Origin: Psammoneis japonica
Taxonomy: Eukaryota
DNA: 64,000 nucleotides
Reading direction: 5' to 3'
Assembly (NCBI GenBank): GCA_008632985.1
Contig: QPGO01000052.1
Location: forward strand, 310,001-374,000
Positions 26,673-37,495 of the stretch are shown here, piece after piece; positions within the stretch are counted from its first letter, which is position 1, and every line of letters starts with the position of its first letter. The translations under genes and the position numbers were made by a program. The notes beneath the pieces were generated by a model. The model was given only the letters and a program-made list of their open reading frames with translations. It did no database searches and was not told the origin of the DNA.

Positions 26673-27486
26673 ACTGGGCGCAGCTTGCGATGTCGTGTGC
26701 TTGCATGCCCAAAAGGTGTGCACCAGCTGTCTGGCCACCACAAGTGTGCATTGCGTGTAGACCTCTTGTTTGCTCTCTTCCCTGCCTCCTCCTTTTCCTG
26801 CTCCTTTTGTCATTGAGAGGGGTTGCTGCTGCATTTGTCCCGAAACTGCCGGCGCGGCGCTTTGAACAAGGCTTTTTGCTGCTGCGCTCATTTTTGAGTG
26901 CAAAAGAAGCTGGTTGTGTTCACAACAGGGCTTGTTTGCAAAAGCAAGAACATCAGGTGAACATCCACAGGTGCCACAATCTGGGCAGCATGACAGATGA
27001 TGCAATCATTGACACCCCTCCAAAGCGCAGCAGGGCACTCGCAAACTTCTGTGATGTGTGCCGGACCTCTTTGGCACACAAGGAGTGCAAAGTGAGCAAG
27101 AGTTTGTGTGCAAGCCTCCTCTGACAAGTCTGTCAAAACACAATTTTCAAACAGTGGTCAAAGCCGTGTTTTACTTCATCCTCTGCTTCAGGCACCGTAC
27201 AGCACTGCTGTGGCCTGTGGTTGTTACAAGAATGACCGTCGTCCGTCGTGCGTGTCTGGCGGTCGCGCGTTCTTCGGCGATCGAGCGAGCGCGAGCGGAG
27301 CGAGCGAGCGAGGTCAGTGAAAAACTTGTCTGGCTGTCGTCCGTAATCTTGAAATGCGAGTTTCGCGAGGTTGGAGGTGTCCGTTTTTTTTTTTGCTTTC
27401 CTTTTTCAAAACACAGTTGTTCATCGTTACGGCACTCCAAATAACATCAACAAGCCATCCGTTGATACAAACACACAAATAGCAAT

Positions 27487-28998
27487 ATGGATGAAGAACA
27501 AGCATACAGTAATTTGACATGTAAATACAAGACCCATCCTGTTATCCTGAAGATCATTCAGACGCGAGGAGAGCGTGACTTCGGTCAGGTCACCAAAAAC
27601 AGTGTTTGCGTGCCCTTCCTCGCAGGAATTCGTCCTCGTCGAGTTTCTGACCTTGGTGAATACAAAGTGGACACAGATGACCGGAAATATTTGAAATTAC
27701 AGCGAAAAATAGACGGTCACATAAAACATTGTTTGGCATTTCTGCATCCCAAATCCTACATGATCCTGTACGATGAGGGACGCAAGTACGCTAAGGCCAA
27801 GGGCATCGTACAGCGCAAGGGAATTCAGAAATACCTTGGTACTAAGCTTGATTGTGCTGTTACCAAAATGTGCCGCAATGTCAATTGGCGAGCTCCTAAT
27901 CTTCTCGACAACCCTGGCGTCTTTGGACTCATGGCTCTCATCGATGCTTCCAAGTATGCCGGTGGATCGTCGGCAATCGGAAAGTTTGCACCGGCCGACC
28001 TTGATGGAAAGCTCTACAATCGTCGAGACGAGTTAAAGACGAATTGCATGCCCCTCATCAATTATTTTGATTCGAAACTCAGTGAATTGGAAAAGCATTT
28101 GACTGAGAAATTGTACGTGAAAGCTGACAAGGCGGACGTGGAGAATTTGGTGAAGGAAGTTGATAGCAATGCCGACAATGCCGATGTGGAGTCGAAGTTG
28201 GCCTTGAAAGCGGATGCCAAGGACATGGATGCAATACTTGACGCTTCCCTCGAAGCCAAGACGCCAACCACCGACGGATTGAAGGGCGCTGCTACCAAGA
28301 TGCCTCCCTCTTTTGACAACAACGATTCGCCTCTACAAGGTACGGCCAAATTGCACGTCAAGCTCTTTGACGAGCGTTGCACGTTGCAGTTTGGGGCAAC
28401 CGATGGAAAATTGAAAACGCTTGCGGAGGTAAAAGGGTTGGCTAAACTCGTGAAAGCCGTGTTGGACTCTCAAGCCGATTGTTCCGTTTATCTTGTGGGG
28501 ACTCACGTGGAGTCGCCAGACGCATTTGTTCGACTGCCTGCAGTGGATTTGATTTTGGTTCGAGAACCGCATCGTCTTGAAAATTGTCTCACGGAGATGG
28601 TCAGCGCGGAGTCTCTCTCGTTTGAAAGCATGGACATCGAATGGCATGATGCCAAAACCACCTTGGAGGAATACCAAGGACGCATCAAAATTTTGCGTGC
28701 GTCGGTGAAATTGGAGGAGTTGCCCATAAATCTCGTACCAAAATGGAGTCACAGCAACAGCAATTTCATGCTGGCACCCAGCGTGAATCCAGTGGACATT
28801 GTGCACGTTGTTCGTGTTATTCAAACGCACGACATTTTTGTCGACAGCCAGAAACTTCTGGAATCCCTCCAGAATGGCATAAATCAACATTTGTATCCAG
28901 TGGTTGGTGTGTTTTTGGACGGTGTCTATCATAATAATGGAGAGCCCCCTGTTGTAAGCCACACGAGGACGTCCAAGAAGCGCAAGGAGCGGTCTTAG
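27487..28998 (+). CDS. Uncharacterised 503-aa protein, intronless, central coiled-coil with KADK/KADA-like repeats
   Basis: Long ATG-initiated ORF with normal composition, including Tyr. No family recognised. Confidence 0.7.
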   Translation: MDEEQAYSNLTCKYKTHPVILKIIQTRGERDFGQVTKNSVCVPFLAGIRPRRVSDLGEYKVDTDDRKYLKLQRKIDGHIKHCLAFLHPKSYMILYDEGRKYAKAKGIVQRKGIQKYLGTKLDCAVTKMCRNVNWRAPNLLDNPGVFGLMALIDASKYAGGSSAIGKFAPADLDGKLYNRRDELKTNCMPLINYFDSKLSELEKHLTEKLYVKADKADVENLVKEVDSNADNADVESKLALKADAKDMDAILDASLEAKTPTTDGLKGAATKMPPSFDNNDSPLQGTAKLHVKLFDERCTLQFGATDGKLKTLAEVKGLAKLVKAVLDSQADCSVYLVGTHVESPDAFVRLPAVDLILVREPHRLENCLTEMVSAESLSFESMDIEWHDAKTTLEEYQGRIKILRASVKLEELPINLVPKWSHSNSNFMLAPSVNPVDIVHVVRVIQTHDIFVDSQKLLESLQNGINQHLYPVVGVFLDGVYHNNGEPPVVSHTRTSKKRKERS

Positions 28999-29239
28999 GT
29001 TGCTATTATGACTGTTGGCTATTGGGAAGTAGTACATGTCATCCTCACTGTAGAACAGAGCAGTTTAGTATTACAGTACAATAAAAAGCGGTGTGTCTGG
29101 GAAATATAGCAACAATTGGAGAGACTCGCGGGTCTATATCTAATACCTTTCTTTGCAGCAACTCCAAGGAAGCGAAGAAAAGCGCTCACCTTGGCACTGC
29201 GTTCGTCCTGATACGACCAATAATTGTTTTTTAAAACGC

Positions 29240-31070
29240 CATCAAAATTTCGCGTGCATTGCGCCCGGCGGACAATAAAATTGGGCAGTAAACTGGTCAT
29301 CTTTGGACCTGTCATCCCAGTATTCCCTCTTCAAAGGACTTCCAACAATATTTAGGTGACAGGGCAAGTAGTTAGGCGAATCTAGCAACTGACGAACGGT
29401 ATCCTGCATTACACGTTTGTGAATGAACTGATCAGGGCTCTTGCGCTCTTCACGTCGACGTCGCTTGAGTGCAGACTGGTACGGCGGGTCATACTGCTCC
29501 AGCGACTGACTTCTTGGTACAAATGTAACAGGTTGCGTGGGGTCAACGTGCCTCCCATCCCCTCCAAACCTCCAAACAGCTAAACGTTTCGCAATGCGCC
29601 CAATGCATTCGTTCACGCAGGATACCAGTAGATTCCTTGTCTGCACAGAGAGGAGTTACTACCTCGTTCTACATAATAGATACAAATGTCAGTTGGATCC
29701 TGGTATGCAGCCGTCATCCAGAGTCTTGCCCGACTATGCTCCATGCGTTCCAGACGGACGCCCCCATCACGGAGATTTACACTTGGATACGTGCTCCATT
29801 GGGGGACGAGAACTCGTGGAAGACGATGACACTTCAGGTCCATATAATTTCAACGATTCTGAAGCCATCCTTCCTCTGTGTGATGATTTATTATTTGGAA
29901 CATCAGTTCCATTCAGGTGATTCCATACTGTCACTACTCTTGTCAGTGCTTCCGTAGCAACTGCCTCGTTTGGATACCAAAACACACCTTGATCACTCCG
30001 GCGGGATCTCCCGCCACCCTCGGCATACAGGAGAAAATTGTTTTTTCTCCTGGGTCTTCATAACCTGCCTAAAGCATTTTCCTCCACAATATGCCAATTC
30101 CTTTCCGGTTGAAGCATGCTGGATTGCCGGAAATTGAATTTCCTTCGCGGTCAGGGCGGAACTAAGAAGAAATCTGACGTGTCGGTTACGACATTCATGT
30201 CGATGCCAGCACCCAAGCGATCGATTGAAAAAGATGCATGTCTTCATCTTATTCGTTGGCACCATCCAATCTTTGTCCGCAAGAAGAGGGAGCTCGGGTG
30301 AATCATTGGGGTCATGGCTGTGATTGGAAGCTGCTGCTACTGACGACGAAGTATCACAGGCCAAAGCCTCCGGACGAGCTGGCGAAGCCTTCGAATCGAC
30401 CCGCGGCGGCACAGGACTGACTATTCCACCAGAGCCTAGTTGGGAGCTCACTTTACCTTGGACTTCGGCACCTCGAACATCCAGAGAGTCTGAGTCGTTT
30501 GCGTGCTCCTCGATACCATGTATATAGCGGATCCAGATCCACCGTTTGCTTTCGGGTCCGCACCGAGCTTAAGCAGCCTCTCCACTAAGCTCGCATCTGC
30601 AACAGCCACTGCGGCATGCAGAAGAGAAAACCCAGCTCCATCTGATGCCTTGATACTGCCGACCATGTGTTTCACGGTCTCGTCTTCTTCCGTTTCAGAG
30701 CAGAACTGTTCGAGATGAACGTTCCAGGCTGAAGCCAAGTAGTAGCTGTGTCACTTCATGGCCGTACCCGAGCCACCTTGGACGCGCTTCACATGTCTCC
30801 TGAAAGACGAATGAAGTTGGACGCGCCAAACTTCCGGCTGCATGCTAAGTGCAGTTAGGCCGCGGAAAGCACAGCCCTTTTCACTATGGATTCCATAACC
30901 ATAATATTGAGTCGATCCTGCTGCAACCAAATCGATAGATTTTAAAATGGCCTAGCGCTGTCGTCGACATTGCGCAGTTGGCAACTCAGCCACTTCCACA
31001 TCTTAAGCAGAATCCAGTGATGTTGATATCAGCCACTTCCCTAACACATCCTCCAGAGAACAACGTTAAT
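29240..31070 (-). pseudogene. Fragmented ankyrin-repeat / CCCH zinc-finger protein gene
   Basis: GFSLLHAAVAVADASLVERLLKLGADP (ankyrin) and CIFFNRSLGCWHRHECRNRH (CCCH), split across frames with stops. Boundaries approximate. Confidence 0.55.
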
Positions 31071-31396
31071 GCTTCATCAATCTATCTTCCAAAAGTTTAA
31101 GTCTGCTCCCTCTCTTTGTGACAACCTTGTCGGGATATCAGGTGCCGGTATTCTCTAGAGGACGAGCATCGTGATCGAGTGAAGGGGTCAAACGCAGCCA
31201 TCGGCAGCACTCCTAGTTCGATAAGCAAGCGAATGCCGACAGCAGTCAGTAGATAACGGTAAAGTAAACAAACAAGCAGTGCTAAGTGCTTCAAAATGCT
31301 GCACGTTCGCAGCCACCCTTTCATGCAAAACAACAACAGACCAACGAACAGGCGTGGATAAACTCTATCACAAATATTTCAAGAGTCCAAGACTCT

Positions 31397-32356
31397 TCAA
31401 TCGCCTTCGTCCTCTGAACCGGCGTTTGCTAGGTTGCCAAAGTTGAACATGTCCTTCATAGGGGGCAGAGGAGGAGCAGTCAAGGGGTCAATGCCATGCA
31501 ACCTTGCAGCAACCAGCATTTGCTCAGGAAGTTCATCGTTTTCGCGAGCCTCAACGACAAAGCCCAAATCAATAGTCAAGTCCTTGGCGGCGCTCCTGCT
31601 CACGGACAGAATTCCACGGGCAGCGGAAGAAGCGACAATGTCCAGATCCTAGTACGAGAAAAACAAAATGTAGCAAATGTAGTGAGAAAACGATAACACA
31701 AATGCCAACAAGACGCCTATACGGCTTCTTACCGCCTCAAGATAAGCAGCCTTTTCCCTTCGGCAGGCTGGTAAATGTAGTTGACGGGCATTTTGTTGCC
31801 GATAAGGGCAGGCTTGCCACCTACAACAGACTTGACTACCCATGGCCCCTTGACGACGACTGGCACGATTTTCAAATGATCGTTCTTGTAATCATCGTCG
31901 CCCAAAAGGAAACGACACACAGTGCGATCAGCATGTGTCATTTTGTCAATGGAGGGGAGCTTGGACTGATCCTTTGCAGGATCATACCGCGCTTCCAGGA
32001 ACGGGAGAAACCTTTCGGGGATCTCAAAGTACAGCAGCAAGACACCCCAAGGCATTCGAAAATTGACAATGAACGTGGGCTTGTCGCGCAAGCTTCCACC
32101 CATGACACCCGAGTTGCTGCAAAGACGAGAGAAACACACTGTGAGTTTCAATGAAATGAAAGAATCGACACCTAAGCGTTATACCACACACCTTCCGCAA
32201 TTCTCCGGGCAAAGGTCCGTAAGGAAAAGATCCACGCCACGAACTGGGAAAACAAACGGACCGGACGGCGTCTTTACTTTGTCTACGAGATATTTGGGAC
32301 CGCGAACCTTGAAATTTTTACAGTCAGGCTCACCCCAACAGTTGTGAACAGAAGCC
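31397..32356 (-). pseudogene. DUF1336 / EDR2 C-terminal-like domain, 3' part of a gene with introns and no 5' end of its own
   Basis: CWGEPDCKNFKVRGPKYLVDKVK, FIVNFRMPW, LKIVPVVVKGPWVVKSVVGGKPALIG, IDLGFVVEARENDELPEQML. Confidence 0.75.
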
Positions 32357-35300
32357 GCGTTCGGCATCAACAAAAAACGTTTCATCGTAGGAATCATCGC
32401 AGCTGTCAATAAGCTGTTCCTGATCATCCGGAATCGTCGTGGGTGCGACTGTGGGAGCAATAGTTGGAGGTGTCGATGGGGTCACATGTGGTGCGAGGCA
32501 GTTGTCGCAAGTCTCTCGGCAAAGCTCGTACGCCTCGTGGCCCTCATAGCAAAGTTCAACCCGCCAGCCAGGACTCACAGCCAACCACGAACAATTCTTG
32601 TACCGCTGTACGTTATTCACCCAGAAATCCTGGTCTTCGGTATCATGGCATGAGTCGGTACACTTCCCACAGGTCTCGGCGCAAACACTATAAGCATCAT
32701 GCTCAGGAACACAAAGAACAGCTTGCCACTCAGGTTTCTTGGTGAGCCAAATGCAACCCCGCTCGCCCCAGTCTTCGTCGACGAAAAACGTTTCTTCAAA
32801 TGAGTCATCACATGGATCAATATATTCAGGAGCAACTGAAGGCGCCCCAGTCGGCAATCCGGATGGAGACAAAGAGGGAAATAAAAACTCGGGTGGAAGG
32901 CAATTGTTACAAGTCTCGCGGCAAATTTCGTACGCTTCGCGCTCATCGTGACACAGCTCGAGCTGAAAACCGGGCGAAACCGCCAACCAGGAACAGTTCT
33001 GATAACGCTGCACATTGTTTACCCAGAACTCCTGATCAACTATATCATGACAAGAATCTGTGCACTTCCCACAGGTCTCGGCACAAACATCATAAGCGTC
33101 ATGACCAGGAATACAAAGACTTGATTGCCATTCAGGTTCTTTGTTCAGCCATACACATCCCCGATGCCCCCTTTGTTCATCCACGAAGAATGTACCATTC
33201 ACCGAATCGTCACAAGGGTCGACGTAGAAAGGAGCTTGCGTTGGTGAGAATGATGGAGACTGACTAGGAAACTTCGAAGGTGAAGCGGAAGGAGGGAACG
33301 AGGGCGTATCAGAAGGCTCAGAAGTAGGCACCGGTGGAAGACAGTTGTTGCATGTCTCGCGACAAAGTTCGTACGCCTCGTGTTCGCTGTGACAGAGCTC
33401 GATCTGAAAACCGGGCGAAACCGCCAACCACGAACAATCCTTATACCGTTGAACGTAGTTTACACAAAACTCCTCACCATCGGTGTCGTGACAAGAGTCG
33501 CTACACTTGCCGCAAGTTTCAGCACAAACATCATATGCATCGTGGCCTGGGTTGCAGAGGGAGGCTTGCCACTCAGGCTTCTTGTTAAGCCAGATGCATC
33601 CGCGGTGCCCACGTTGATCGTCAACAAAAAACGTTCCGTTGGTAGAGTCATCGCACGGATCAACATAAACTGTAGGATGCGACGGTGACAAAGAAGGAAA
33701 CATCGATGGAAAGCTGGACGGAATTCGGAATGGATGTACACTCGGCGATGTGGAAGGGACGACTGATGGCGTCTTCGTTGGGGTGCTCGAGGGTGTGTCA
33801 CTCGGAGCTTAGCTCGGCGTCCCGGAAGGGATAACACTGGGAGTATTCGTTGGCATGCTACTTGGATTCGTGGAGGGTGACAACGAGGGAGCGATGCTCG
33901 GTGCATTCGACGGGGCGTCACTCGGTGCAGAAGAGGGAGACACTGACGGAGCACGGTTGGGGCACCACTCGGAGTCAAGGTGGGTGTGTCACTCGGCACG
34001 CTGCTTGGCAATACCGATGGCAGCCGCGAGGGAATTACTGAGGGTAAGTACCTCGGGGATGTGGTTCGTCTTTCACTTGGTACCTCGGAGGGTGCTGACG
34101 ATGGGATCATGACGGGTCGGCAGATGGCATGGCACTCGGTACGGAAGACGGAGAAGCTGATGGAACATCACTCGGGACGGCACTTGAAGTGGAGGGTAGA
34201 CGGCTGCTGGGCATTTAGCTGGGTTTCGCAGAAGGCAGGGTCGAGGGAACGGCCGATGGCACATCACTCGGCAAAGTAGTTGGATGCTCACTCGGCGCGG
34301 TGGAAAGAGCAGACGACGGCGCTGACGATGGTTGTGTGGTTGGGAATTCACTCGGTGACACTGACGAAACATCACTCGGGACGGCGCTAGGTACATTGCA
34401 GGTTGACGCGGATGGCAGCGTCGATGGAATAGCAGATGGCTTCTCACTCGGTGATTTCGAAGGCGCTACTGACGGTTCGGTGGTAGGCCCTCCACTCGGT
34501 GATCCTGATGGAACTGCACTGGGGACGGCACTAGGCACATTGCTGGGTGACGCGGATGGCAGCGTCGATGGAACAGCCGATGATTTCTTACTCGGTGACT
34601 TTAAAGGCGCTACTGACGGTTCGGTGGTTGGCATTCCACTGGGTGATCCTGACGGAACATAACTTGGGACGGCACTAGGCACATTGCTTGGTGACGCGGA
34701 TGGCAGCGTCGATGGAATAGCTGTTGGATTCTCACTCGGCAACTCTGAAGGCGCTACTGACGGTTCGGTGGTAGGCACTCCACTCGTTGATCCTGAGGGA
34801 ACTGTACTGGGGACGGCACTAGGCACATTGCTGGGTGACGGGGATGCCAGCGTCGATGGAATAGCCGATGATTTCTCACTCGGTGACTTCGAAGGCGCTA
34901 CTGACGGTTCGGTGGTTGGCATTCCACTCGGTGATCCTGACGGAACATCACTTGGGACGGCACTAGGCACATTGCTTGGTGACGCGGATGGCAGCGTCGA
35001 TGGAATAGCTGTTGGATTCTCACTGCAACTCCGAAGGCGCTACTGACGGTGCGGTGGTTGGCACTCCACTCTGTGACCCCGACGGAGCACCACTCGGTAC
35101 GTCACATGGAGCGTTGCTGGGTGATGCGGATGGTAGTGCCGATGGAAAAGTCGAAGGTTCATCACTTGGTGATCGCGATGGATCTTCGCTCGGTTGGTCT
35201 GAACGAGCTGAAGATGGCATCGTCGAAGGTGCTCGAGATGGAACGTCGCTGGGCTGCTCTGTCGGCTCCATGCTTGGAGCAAAAGAAGGCGAAAATGGTG

Positions 35301-36882
35301 GCACCTTGCTAGGCATCAAAGAAGGTATGTCGGAGGGAACGCCACTGGGGTGAGCAGAAGGAACGTCTCCAGGGGCATCTGACGGAGTAGTTGATGGCAT
35401 GAACGACGGCCCCGGTGATGAACAAGTCGATTGATGGCCCGCCCCATGAATGCTCACCAATGCGTAGTTGAAGCTGCCGCTCACGTGGTCACACACTTCA
35501 ATGGTGAATTGGAAATTGAATCTTGCGTCTCAAAACTGAAAGGGACGCCCGAAATACCAGCAGCGATCCTGCCAACAGCTCGGGTGCCGAATTGTCGTCA
35601 CGCGCCTGCGTAACGGTTACTCGGTCTGCAAATTCTTGAGTCCCAACGTTGAAGTCCTTGGCCCTGTTGTACTCCAGCTAGAGGTCACCCACCTTGACAG
35701 CGGAACACCCGTCTATTCCAGTTTCGTTGCCAAATCAAGCTCCATTTCTTCATGCAAACCAAGTGGCCAATTCTTGTGGCCATTGTAACACATGGACGGC
35801 CTACCCATTGTCGCAAAGGTCGATCCCATGCATCCAGTGTTGTCTCCAAAAGTTGTGGCACCCTGATTGGAGTTCCTCAGACCAATGTTGTGGCCAATCT
35901 GGCGCATCTAGGTACTGACGTAGCCACACTGCTCATCGTTGAAGACACTTCGATTGTAGTTTACAAATCCATAAGCTGTCCAGTCCGTGGATCCACCAAA
36001 AACAGATGCAGGTGGGAGGCAGTGCATGACATGGTCAAAAGTTGCCTTCCAGAATACCAAACTGAGCGTCCGCTGCAGCTGTGACACTGTCGTCCAGGTC
36101 CAACGGAGAAGCGCCTGTAGCATTGGAACCAATCACGACATCGGCAACGCCATTGGTAATCCCCGACAGGGCATTGTTGGACGCGGGTTCCAATGTCAAT
36201 TTTCCAAACGATCAGGAATCCATCTGACTCTTGAGATTGACGGAAGGAGCACCTGCCCCAATTCCAAAGACTCGGGCGCTCAGTTCGTCCTTGGTCAAGG
36301 TGGGGTTTGAGTCAGGGGCGGAAAATCCTCAAGACAAGAACCGAGCTTGTTCCTTCCCTCTGGGACTCAAGGCGACGATGGTCGGGATCTTCAATAAAGG
36401 TAATGGTGGCTCCATCCGAAATTAGAACATGCGGATGCACTGCTTCGCCAGGGTGGAACATCGTGGCATTCGAAATCGACATAAAAGAATGTCCAGCGAA
36501 AAGGTTCTCTTGCCAGGCCGTGGTTAAATCCGCAGGCAAAGTTAGAATGACGGTTCCTGCCGGGCTCTCCTCGTCAAGAATAAATTGGTAGAGGTATATT
36601 GATCTTCGTTCTGCTGTGCAGAGATTCCCTCCGCTTCAAAAGCCGCAACGACGACTCGGCATGAAGGGATGTTCTTGTGAGCAACAAAAGCAATCAAGAT
36701 GGAATCACAAGTTAGTTAGTACCTAAACGATAAGGAGAGAAAAACATCCATACTGCAACTCGTTCCATCCATGTGTAACTCACCACTTGTTCTAGGAATC
36801 TCTCCCCGTTGGCATCGCCCGTCGCTCCGGGTGGCCCCACCGAAAGCATTCCAGCCGCTAATCCAAGGCAGGGTAAACGCAT
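32357..36882 (-). pseudogene. Secreted M11 (gametolysin-like) metallopeptidase with Pro/Ser mucin-like stalk and Cys-rich repeats; multiply disrupted
   Basis: Signal-like start at 36882. FDHVMHCLPP..W.AYGFVN...SVFND..C, then the degenerate zinc motif RQIGHNIGL (expected HEIGHNLGL) and MCYNGHKNW.LG. PSxxPS repeats and 3+ copies of a ~110-aa Cys-rich unit. In-frame stops and frameshifts at ~35908, 35020, 34215, 34110 and 33950. Confidence 0.8.
34330..35140 (-). repeat. 144-bp (48-aa) Pro/Ser tandem repeat, ~5-6 copies
   Basis: gacgcggatggcagcgtcgatggaa-like motif at 34405, 34549, 34693, 34837 and 34981. Confidence 0.9.
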
Positions 36883-37495
36883 ACTTGATGTGTTCAAGCT
36901 CTCAATATGCTGTTTTGTGTGATCGAGAAAGTTTTTTTCATCCATCCTGAGATCACTCGGAGCGTGAGAAAGCCTCACGCTGATTATTTACTACCGCGCT
37001 GTCGATTTCTTTCAGGAACGTGCCGGCAGTGTTGGGAAAGGACGTTGAGTTGGTCCGATCGTCAGTTCTTTCGGATTGTTTTGCCAATCAGAAGTCTATA
37101 CCCTTCATCTTGCTGATCATTATGAAATCTTATGAATAATTGCAGGTTACGACATCGGTGCATTTCGGTCCATACAAACTCTTTCATGCAAAGCCGCACG
37201 CATGGCGACTCGTGAGTTGGGACAAAAGTGTTGAAAAGCATTCGATGCACTGGGACGTCTTGCACAACGTCATGATCCTTTCTCACAGGGCTGAATGTGC
37301 GATTATGTTTGCAAGAACGACAGTGCAAGCAGATATCGACCGCCATCGCATCGTCATCAGAACGGTCGCGCGCGAAACGAAAAAACATGAAAACACGGTA
37401 AACCGGTTCACACTCAAAACAGGGGGCAGCTGCAAATGCATTTTGCCCTGATAGAAGAAGATGAAGAGAGCATCAGTAGAGGAATCTCAAGAAAG

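Larger units (their letters stand above)
17280..27170. mobile_element. ~10-kb block of heavily decayed nested transposon DNA, TpA- and CpG-depleted (block 3)
   Basis: Only roughly 20 TA dinucleotides by eye in ~10 kb and few CG. Many overlapping Cys/His/Gln-rich pseudo-ORFs. Contains a copia RT fragment. Confidence 0.75.

Noticed and set aside
17280..27170. Long Cys/His-rich ORFs as real metal-binding proteins
   Set aside because: They overlap in all frames, lack Tyr and are explained by loss of TAA/TAG.
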